This document shows positions 13,491 to 22,876 of a stretch of 64,000 bases of DNA, piece after piece; position 1 is the stretch's first letter; the number at the start of each line of letters is the position of its first letter. This stretch comes from Iphione sp. A-MEVVRFRX5 (taxonomy: Eukaryota). The DNA lies in the NCBI GenBank assembly GCA_976226885.1, contig OZ320317.1:2170001-2234000 (forward strand). Direction: 5' to 3'. The translations under genes were made by a program, and so were the position numbers. Below the pieces are notes generated by a model that saw only the letters and a list, made by a program, of their open reading frames with translations, did not search any database and was not told the DNA's origin.

Positions 13491-14134
13491 AGAAGGAGAG
13501 AAAGAAGAGTAATGGCACACGTTTTTGTACCGTGAAGAGGATAGGACATAGTCCTGACCAATATTCTGTGTAATTTACATGACTAGTACTAGTGGAAAGG
13601 ACATAGTCCTAAGGAAGTACATAATATATATACTATTATTATGATCGAATGGTCTGGACAAAGTCCTACTTTGGACAGGGAGGATCCCTGAAAACTGCAA
13701 CATAATATTCGGGAAAATATAAAATTAATACTTAAGGGTGAGATTAAGTAGATGCCGACTAGCTATTATGATACGATGTTGATTATTTACATTAAAATGT
13801 GTATAAATGTGTGGCTATGCACTGGAGGGGAACTCGCTGGGGTGGATACTACCAACACTGTTACTATGTGAGACATAATAGTACTTGGAAAGGATATGAT
13901 CCTGGCTACAAATACTCAAAGATGTATAATAATGTCAGGTAAAATAAACCTTTATATAAAAAAAATAATCATAGGGAAAACTATTCAATTCACTTTTATT
14001 GTCCGACTGTCATTATACAATGGATAATGCTTTACAAGCGAGACAGAACAGTCAATTAATCCGAAATTCAACTTAATTTGAATAAAAGGTATGTTCAAGT
14101 GCACAAAGCCTCATTATTTGTTACGAGTATTGCT

Positions 14135-14300
14135 TTAACTGGGCAACATATTTCTTTTCAGTTCAGAAGATGTTCTTAAGCACTTCAATCTGTGGTCCAA
14201 GTTATTCCACCACCTTGTACCAATGTACAGCCAGCTTCTACTTATTATTTTCGTTTGTTTGGCATTACTAAGAGGTTGATATATGACTGTACATGTATAT
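14135..14300 (-). mobile_element. LINE ORF2 C-terminal remnant
   Basis: SRSWLYIGTRWWNNLDHRLK..S.ELKR matches the usual RSF.Y.G..LWN.LP end of CR1/L2 ORF2. Confidence 0.6.
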
Positions 14301-14900
14301 GCAAGGTAATAAGGGACTAGAAACACTAGCTACTAAAAATCTCCTCACTACTTCACTAAATCCCATCCCCGCCCGTCCATAAAGACCCATTGCATTTCTC
14401 ATTCATAATAGTAATATAAAACTTTATGACAGGGATATATATTCATAATTCTTAATAGACTGTTCCAGCTTAAAGCAATGCAGCAAAAATAAGTGAACAT
14501 ACATATATATATAAACTTTTACCTGAGTTCGACCTACAGTCAAAATGCCTCCCACCTACTCTCATCCAAACACAAACACACTGCTTGGCCTACCAAGCAG
14601 TTGATATTATCACCTTGCATATACATGTACAGTTGTATATTACTTGACATAGAACCTCTTTCGGTGGCCTAGTGTGACCTAATTGACAATACCCTTAGTG
14701 TCCCTACTACTGTGACCCAGTTAACAGATGATCTGTATCATAAGAGTTCTAAATACTTAAAGAATAGAAAAATGGCTTGGTTCTGAAACTTGCTATCACT
14801 ACTTAAGGGGTGGCCCATGTTTTGATGCTCTCCAGTACCAGGGTAATGGTATCTTAATGAATAAATATTAGATCTACCAGCTATACTGCCAATCACCTAC

Positions 14901-15050
14901 CTTTGCTTGAATCTCCTTGAAATTATACTGTGTGTATGACCACCTCAACTCCTGAGTACTGTGCCCAACCATGTGAGCCTACATTCGTGCAAACTAGTCC
15001 ATGCCTTGTAGGGCATTCTTTACCTGCATCAAACCTGTTACCCCACATTC
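14901..15050 (-). other. Probable 5'UTR exon of Reeler paralog 1 (5' end approximate)
   Basis: Donor caaag|gtaggt at 14900, conserved at 61608 in the paralog within a homologous non-coding block. Confidence 0.55.
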
Positions 15051-15649
15051 CTGCCCCACAAACAGTAACATACATACATACAAATGCACACATAAACACA
15101 CACACACATAGGCTGTTCTGTGATCTCTATGCAATCAATACACCGCTGTTCCTTTTGAGGGCTGTTAGGTGACAATGTAGACTAACGACTCACTGAGGGA
15201 GCACACAACAGATAAAGCCGGGATATTTCTTGAAGATGATATATTAGGGGTCCACATCTCCTCCTGCAAGCATTCTCACAGGTAGTAAATTAATGCAAGA
15301 GCCGGTGACAAGATGTCTCGGGGAGGGGAGCCTGGGAAACCTTTACCTGATGGAAGGTCCCTTTGAAGTGGATCCAGGGTGGATCGTTTTAGGCTGCCAA
15401 GCCCTTTGTGAGGTGGCTCAGTCATTAGTCATCATTTATTGTTGTTCTTTTTGCTAGATGGAATATCTTACTTCATATGATGTGCTTCAATAAATAGGCT
15501 AACTACTCAATGAAGAAGAACACAACAGGTAAAACTTGAATGTTTTATTGAAGATGACACCTGAGGAGTGCTTATACCCTGACAGCATTTTCTCATGTAG
15601 ATTGTAAAAATTTGGCAAGACATCTTTCTGGGGAACCCCTGATGCTGGC

Positions 15650-16620
15650 ATTCACAAACTGAGAATATTCTGCAAACGGGAAAGCTGAATTCCTCATGTT
15701 GGGTCATCTACAGTTGGGGCATGATCCGCCTGGAGACCATTCAGTCTGGATTTTATTCTGATGAATTGAAGTCTGGGGGTGTCAAGTGCTAGCTGGGCTA
15801 GGCCTGTGGTTGGTTATGGGGCAGACTGCCCCTGGATGCTCAGCCTTTGTCTAAACTCTGGCTCTGGCTCCCTGTGCCCCCTCTACAAGGTTGCCTTCCA
15901 GATTGGATGCCTCACTGACTTGGGCTGAGCTGGTGCCTTTAAAAATGGCTTTGATGGTCATGACTGATTTACAACCAGGGTGTGTGGGCAGACCTGTTAC
16001 AAGGGGATCATGACCTCCGTTATTATGACTGTGGTCCCTGACTCCTCAGGTATAGCCCTACGTCAAGGGCAGAGGTGAACAAGCCAAAGATGTAGGAAAA
16101 CATGGACATCTTCTAGGATAAAACAATCCCCAGGCATGGATGTCCAATGGTATTGTTATCCAATAGAGGGACTGAATTGAAAATGACAATGTTGGCCCTT
16201 CATATGAGCACCAGCAATCCACAAGGTGCACAGCCTTTTATCTGCTACACACCTAAGACCCATTGTTCACTTTGACATTGGATACCTTGCTTCAACCCTG
16301 TCTAAGGTCTCATGGGGAAGAGCATCATAAGCATGCCATCTGACATCACCATCAAGCAATGACTGTGATCTGTCAGAATGTTGCTAGAACATGACAATGC
16401 ATGATGAAAGATCATGACCAATGCACTGCAGGAGCATCTTTTGAAGTGGGAGATCCTGTTTAAGTACAGAATCCTTTCAGAAAGCACCAGGTACATAATC
16501 AGGTGGAGACCTAATTATGGATTCTTGAGTGTTTGTTTCCGAAAAATTTCATTTTCAAGGACCAGGTGAATGGCAAACTCTAAAGTTCATTGTGATCATC
16601 TCTGGTTGGCCAACGTAGAT
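15650..16620 (+). mobile_element. Decayed LTR-retrotransposon (Gypsy-like) integrase remnant
   Basis: IPRHGCPMVLLSNRGTE at about 16125-16175 resembles the integrase core RHG.P..I.SD.G..F. FEVGDPV at about 16439 resembles the integrase C-terminal motif. Many stops. Confidence 0.6.
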
Positions 16621-16880
16621 TGGAAGGTTGTCACCACTCGAGATGAAGAGTGGCTGCACTGGTGTTTCGCATTAGCTGAAGAGATCTTGTCAGCCAGGTC
16701 AGATAGAGACAGGTATTGGTAACCAGACAGGCATAGTTCTGATGGTTCTTTTTCTGAATATGATGTTCCTATTTCCCAATTTAACTCATCATAATACCGT
16801 TACATAGCCACTACCATCCATCACATCACATGACACTCATATTTCTCCTATGGTCACATATAATGTTAAAAATTAAAGAT

Positions 16881-16956
16881 AAAGGTTTTCAGTTGCAGTG
16901 TCAGTATTGTACTTTCTCATATACTTTTAGAATAAATATAAATATCTCACCATGTT
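16881..16956. repeat. Short dispersed repeat with a second copy at about 28268-28346
   Basis: Both sites share aaaggttt..cagtatt..actttctcatatacttt.aga..aaata. Confidence 0.55.
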
Positions 16957-18927
16957 CTCTCTGGATATATGTGTGTAACACAGCCATGTTAGAAATAGTT
17001 ATATTGTGGCAGATGTCTGGATTTGAGGACATCAAGAACATAAGGAATATTATGAATGACCGCTGTGACAGACATTGAGGATATCCTTCTGTAAGCAGAC
17101 ATACCAAGAATCTACATTTTATGCGGATAATCTGATATGCAGACAATAGATATGATCTGATAAAATGTATTCAAATGTTCTGATACTGTAGTAATAAGAC
17201 ACTGATATTCAATAGTTAAATTTGGCTATATTGGAAAGAGTGTGATCCATGTCCACTGTATAGGTATAAGCCGGTAAGCATTGTCCATGTGTAAACAACA
17301 GCCTTGCCCTATTACTAAGAGGTGGTGTTGATAGTCTGCACACTGACAGTCTCTGGTCGGAGAAGACCCTCATAAACTTTGTTAAAGTGACAGGTTGGAG
17401 GTAACCAACCCTACATAGGAATGTGAATTCAAGGCACTTCTAGGGTAGTCACTGATAGCTCCAAACATTTATCATGAAGTGTGCTAAGGTGGGACCAGCG
17501 TTTAACTTGATTTTGTACTGGTCATGCCCCTGGTCAGAGGTAATGTGAACTATGACCTCAGGTTAGGACATGCTACAAACTTTGTGCCTCAGGTTGTAAA
17601 CTATGTACCAATGGTTATGAACTCTGACATAAGGGTGATGAACTACTGGTATATAATGTCCATGATTTCTCTAGACTTTTCAGAGAGTTCTGATCTGCTG
17701 CTTGTATATGTCAATTCTGTCTCTAATAAAACCCCATAAACCAACCAGGAAACCTGTGTCATCTGAGATATTGTGTTATATGTCAATGCATAACAACATA
17801 ATGACAGTCATATAATTCTAATAGAGTCATCTGTGAGGAACAGTAACACTCAAACATCATCTGCATGGATTGGTTACAAGAGTCATGTGATGAAATGGCA
17901 TAACAATATTGCCTATGGAATTCTTTGATTGACAAATATTATCACCGTAAAATGTGTTGACCTGTCACGTGACAGTGTGTCAATTGTTTGGAAGTGAATG
18001 GCAGCACAAGATTCATAAACTACAGAAGAACAACCCCAATCCCTAGTGGGAAGGAAGGGTTTAGGTGGAGGGTAGATCTTAATCCACTGGATCATGTGCA
18101 CATACCTGATGAATTGGTACCTTAGCCAGTGGCCATGGGTTAGGAGTGCCACATTACTGTGAGGAATGGCAGTTGGAGGCTTTATCCTGGTCAGCCAAGG
18201 AATAAATCAGTACGAACCAGCAGGTAGGCCAAGAGAAGGTCAGAGCACCATCTCCCAATGCCACTAGGAGAGCACAGTCTCCTGAGGTTCCTCCTGTTCC
18301 ACATATCATAATCAGCCTGTGGCTTAATGTTCACAAACTATGGAAATGGAATTGCCTCTCATTGGTAAGCATGCATGCCAGCAATTGTCTAGAGGTAATA
18401 AGTTAAATGGGGACTAAAATAAAGGTGAGCCTGATTCACTAGCTTAATGGGCAAAACATCCTTAACCCTTTGACGGCGGCCCCCTATCAGTTCATGACGA
18501 TACGTCGCGGCTGGCCACTAGTGCGGCCGCTCCTCCGTAGAGGGCGACACCCCAACTTTACAATTACATTATGCTAATCGCAGAGCGTCACCGGACTAGA
18601 TATTTCTCTAAAAATGGAATTATTTTGGATATGTCATCTATAGACATTGTGAATTATCTATTTAGGAGGAATTACAGATTTCATCTTGGTATGGATATAG
18701 CTGGAATTATTCGTATTTCTCTCACATTCAGGATTATTACAGAGTGGATAACCTATTACGTAACCGAGTATTTTACATGTGGAGCATTATGGGCATTTAT
18801 ATGTTTTTCTATCTGGAAGTAGCTAAATGAGAAAAATACATCAGAGAAACACAAGTAAGTGAATTTTAATCACTTTTTATTGCTTTATTGTGGTTTTCTC
18901 CATTTCAAGATAGCCAGATAACATTTT

Positions 18928-19844
18928 CTAAGGCTCAAGGATTATGCTGGCAAAGTCCTCCACTGTATGATACAGGGTGAAACACGTTGGGAGACAGAGG
19001 TGCTTTTGGTAGTTGGAACAACCGAATTTAGTTTGACTTTTTGTCACCTTCAATCCAGCATTTGCTCTCCTATAGCAAACATGACAATATGATTTTCTAG
19101 GGAGTTGGCAAGGCATACATCTGTTTACTAGTCTGTGAGTCAATCCATAGTACATTTGCCTAGGCAGAGCATTGGGATTTGGGCATATTATAAGGTATTC
19201 AGCGACGTGGAGAGAGAAACTGTACAAAGACATTTTCTTAGCAGAAACCTTATTCAGCGTAATGTGAGCCTTAACCTTCATAATTTCCATCAAAAACTAG
19301 AACATTTTAATAGTCCACCTTGTACTTTTCCTATTATAGTTATAATACTGGATGAACTGATCTGATCTATCGACACCGCCCATATGCTTGGTGTAATTTT
19401 TGACCGCGAGCGGACAACTGAATGCTTTCTTTTCAAATTTACCACTGGCAGCATTTTTCCTGATTCTGTTCACTGTAGAAAGCTGGGTACTGTGGGCAGT
19501 GGATAGGACACGTACAACCTGCTTATCCATCCATAATGACAATACCATGTCAAGACTTTTGTAAAAAATCATTGAGCCCTGTTCCTTCAATTCAGCAATT
19601 TTCTTCTTTTTTATGATTTTTGGTAGCTCTACTCTGTTTGTTCGTACGGTTCCACAAGAAAAGGTTTTTTTGGCCAATAAATTTGATAATAATTGTACAG
19701 ATGTATAGTAATTGTCTAGGTATACTCTTAAGTGTTTTCCGAAATAATCTGCACTTTTCAATAGAGTCATAACGACATGCTCAGGTAGCGACTTCTGCAC
19801 CCTATCCTCGCGGCCAAAATATGGGATCGCTTGGAGAATGAATC
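18928..19844 (-). pseudogene. piggyBac transposase, last exon
   Basis: Contains YLDNYYTS, CGTVRTNR, GGVDRSDQ and a C-terminal Cys-rich domain (CHVC..C..HLC..CF..YH). One in-frame TAG at 19299-19297. Acceptor ccctcag|GA at 19845. Confidence 0.9.
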
Positions 19845-19982
19845 CTGAGGGACATAAAGGCAAAGCATCCATTTAGATCAAATATGCAGATAATAAGCAA
19901 TAAAATTTGGAAATAATTTCATTTGAAATTACATATCCTGCCAAATAGCCAAAGTGATTAGTGAATCATAAAATATTATTAC

Positions 19983-20010
19983 CTGTACAACTTTCTGCCA
20001 AAAGCCAGCA
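19983..20010 (-). pseudogene. piggyBac transposase exon remnant left of the LINE
   Basis: Reads CWLLAESCT-G followed by donor ACAG|gtaata at 19982. It continues GMK from 26649 when the LINE is removed. Confidence 0.85.
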
Positions 20011-20067
20011 TTCCAGCCAGAGGGCCCAAGGTTAGGTGGTACGTTAAATCCGCCCTCGCCAGTAGAC

Positions 20068-21225
20068 ATGGGGCAACTCATCCGTAAATCAATCGAGGCT
20101 GTCAAGGAGGAGATGTCATCAGAAATAAAGAAGCTCAGAGATGAAGTGGATCAACTGAAGAGGGCAAACGCAGCACTGAAAGTGGAGCTGAACGCAACGA
20201 TGACAGCTCAACAATCGAGTGTGCAGTCGGCTATATCGCACTTGAGCGCCAGGCTGTCCGATACTGACAAGACCTGTATCAAACTGGATGAGGAACTCTC
20301 CAGACAACGAATCTCCGAGCGAGGTACCAGAGTCATTATTGAAGGGTTGAAATCTGATGATTGTGCCGACCCGTCGGATGTGGCTATGAGAATGCTGTCA
20401 CAGCTGTTGGGCGGCGATGCTCTAGAGGTGACAGACATCGTCTGCTTACCAGTTGACGATGTGGGTCAGAAGGTCGTCGTTACATTTGGCGACATGGAGT
20501 CTAGGAATAAGGTGATGAAAGCGAAAGGTGGCCTAGTTAAGATGCAGGGATTCGAGTCTGTATATATCAAGGAGGACATTCCCCCGCGGGCACAAGAAAT
20601 TCAGCGGAAGCAAAGACTGGCAGCGGCTATCCGACGGCGAGGCAAGCGCGCGACTACGAGAGGGATCGACCTGTATGTGGAGGGGGTACGGTACGAGCCC
20701 TCTGATATTTCGTCGTTACCACAGGAAATCAACGTTGAAAACCTAACAACTCATACTGACGAGAAGGTTCTCTATTTTTCTAATGATACCCCATGTTTGT
20801 CTCCTTTTGACAAGAGTATTGTGCTTGAAGGTATGTCAGCCAGTGATTGTGTCGAAATAGCGTACAGAAAGTGTGAATCGCGCGCAATTGGGAACGAGGC
20901 AATCAGTCGCGAGGTAAACAAATCAAAAAGCGGTAGAGAAGCTCGGCATGCTTGTGGTGATTTGGTGCCGAATGAAGAATGGCGGGACGAATCAAAGGTA
21001 GTATTATCAAGAATACTTTATAGCAAAGCACACTTTGATCAATCTTTCAGATCAGCGTTGTTAAGAACTGGCGATCTTGATTTGGTGTATGCCGATACCG
21101 ACCCGGTTCTGGGATCAGGTAACTCTTTGCGTAAACACGAAGGCGGGAATGTAAAAATGAACGGGAATAATCTTCTTGGTGTTCAGTTGATGGAGGTCAG
21201 GCGTAATCTAAAGTTATGTACGTAG
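20068..21225 (+). CDS. LINE ORF1p: coiled coil + RRM-like domain + C-terminal NADAR/YbiA domain (385 aa, intact)
   Basis: N-terminal heptads, then RVIIEGL..VVVTF..VYIKEDIP (L1-type RRM/CTD pattern). The C-terminus has FRSALLRTGDLDLVYADTDPVLGSG and GNNLLGVQLMEVRRNL, matching NADAR motifs LL.TG..LVE..D..WG.G and G.N.LG..LM.VR. Confidence 0.85.
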   Translation: MGQLIRKSIEAVKEEMSSEIKKLRDEVDQLKRANAALKVELNATMTAQQSSVQSAISHLSARLSDTDKTCIKLDEELSRQRISERGTRVIIEGLKSDDCADPSDVAMRMLSQLLGGDALEVTDIVCLPVDDVGQKVVVTFGDMESRNKVMKAKGGLVKMQGFESVYIKEDIPPRAQEIQRKQRLAAAIRRRGKRATTRGIDLYVEGVRYEPSDISSLPQEINVENLTTHTDEKVLYFSNDTPCLSPFDKSIVLEGMSASDCVEIAYRKCESRAIGNEAISREVNKSKSGREARHACGDLVPNEEWRDESKVVLSRILYSKAHFDQSFRSALLRTGDLDLVYADTDPVLGSGNSLRKHEGGNVKMNGNNLLGVQLMEVRRNLKLCT

Positions 21226-21595
21226 ATCAGGGCGATTGTTATAGCCCGCATGTAATTTTGAGTCAAGCAAGTAGTTCATGTACGATTGTTAATCACTAAT
21301 GTAGGAGTGCAAGCCCAATTTGTCAATCTAGTTAATTCCACATATTACCGCCTATGCTTTGTGGGAGCAGGGCTTACTCGCTAACTCCATAATGTAACTA
21401 AAGGCTTCATATGTCTGTACAACACATTTCAACTGTCATTGATCTGAAATTAGCCTACTATTGCTTTGTCTAAAAGGTAACCTGTAGTGCATGATATTAT
21501 ATGCTATTGATTGCGGACATGGGGCACACAGGTTAACTCGCTTATTTATGCTCATATAATAGCTGCTACCGATTGACTGTCTCAATCACCTTTGA

Positions 21596-22294
21596 ACAGA
21601 GGCTGCAATCCGTAACTTCCCACCCTGGACTGAGCAAGACTGCACCCACGTCCTGCTAATATGTGACACCAGAACCGCGCTGTCGGCGGTGACGCTGCCA
21701 GTAGACAACATGCCGCCTGTGGCAGTCGACATCGTGAGAGTCCGTCATATTTCATATAAGAGACTTCTTATGCGGCGCATGCTGGTCGATACATCAACAT
21801 ACGGGATGGTAGTGGTATCAACCGGGCTTGGTGATGTATTAAAACGAGAAACCGAACAGTGGTCTCCTAGGTATCGTAGGCCGCGCGCCTATCAAGGCTA
21901 CATGGAGATGTGTGTGGATAAAATGACTCGTATGATCGCGGGTCCAGCAAATACGGGTCCGCTCTTGGTACTGGCAAACATTGCACCGATTGATTTAGGC
22001 GCTCTGAAACCAGACCTGGATGACATCACTGAGCAAATGTGTTTGAATGTATTGATTGACATCCACAACAGTGTATCAACATACACAGCTGAGAGGCATG
22101 GCACGGAGGCGCTGTGTCAGGAGTCACCATTTGATGTGCACAACAACGCAGACCTTCTGTCGGTGGCTGAGCTACTGAAATCAGATGGGATGCACGTGAC
22201 GGCGAGTGTGCGCGCAATATGGGGTGAACAGTACGCAGATCTTATACTTAACTACATAAGTGTTCATGGATCCGTTCCAAATGGTGCTATCTAA
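21596..22294 (+). CDS. SGNH/GDSL esterase-like ORF inside the LINE (start uncertain)
   Basis: The frame is open from 21596, upstream of the tracked GTG at 21689. It reads HVLLICDTR (block I-like), VVVSTGLGDV (block III-like), VLANIAP, and LKSDGMHVT..W (block V DGxH). First ATG is at 21710. Confidence 0.6.
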   Translation, partial: TEAAIRNFPPWTEQDCTHVLLICDTRTALSAVTLPVDNMPPVAVDIVRVRHISYKRLLMRRMLVDTSTYGMVVVSTGLGDVLKRETEQWSPRYRRPRAYQGYMEMCVDKMTRMIAGPANTGPLLVLANIAPIDLGALKPDLDDITEQMCLNVLIDIHNSVSTYTAERHGTEALCQESPFDVHNNADLLSVAELLKSDGMHVTASVRAIWGEQYADLILNYISVHGSVPNGAI

Positions 22295-22876
22295 AGACGT
22301 GCTGTCAAGACTCGTAATGTAGCTCTTTGAAAGAGTGTTAATGTATTGGATGTTTTCGTCTAGTTCATAAGCAAGATTGATGTTGTATTGGGTGATCTCG
22401 TGCACCCTGTTATCATGCGCTGACATACCAATAGTCGCAGGGATTTTTAAAGATCTTTGAATCTGTAGCTATTTACTGTAACTAAGCATCTATTGAATTT
22501 CTGTCTGACGTTACTGTCCATATTCTAGTAGAAGGAGCGCGCGTACGCGGGCATTGGTGTCTATGTTATGATCGATCCTCATGACTGTTGTTTGTCAATA
22601 GGTTGCTGACACGAACATGTATCACCATCTCTCTAAACGTAAGATGTATAACCCGGAGTAATGAGCGTATTACAGAATTTCAAATTAGAATGTAACTTCT
22701 GCAGAGATGGTTTCCAATCGTACGTGAGTGTTTATCATCAAAAGATCCATAGCTATGCTTTGACAAGGTAGTGCAAGGTAATACTTAGTGGGGAACACTA
22801 GCTGAAGGGAGTCCTAGAACCGAATATTACGAGTAGAGTCAATTTACACCGTCAGTAAATACTGTTTTAGCCAGTC

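Noticed and set aside
14923-15105. Short ORFs sharing SHGWAQYS with 61659-61844
   Set aside because: The rest of the two peptides is unrelated and partly derived from CA/TG repeats. Conserved non-coding DNA explains the match better.
20767-21213. NADAR as bacterial or phage contamination
   Set aside because: It is fused in frame to a LINE ORF1 inside an element nested in an intron-containing piggyBac, and it recurs in a second LINE.
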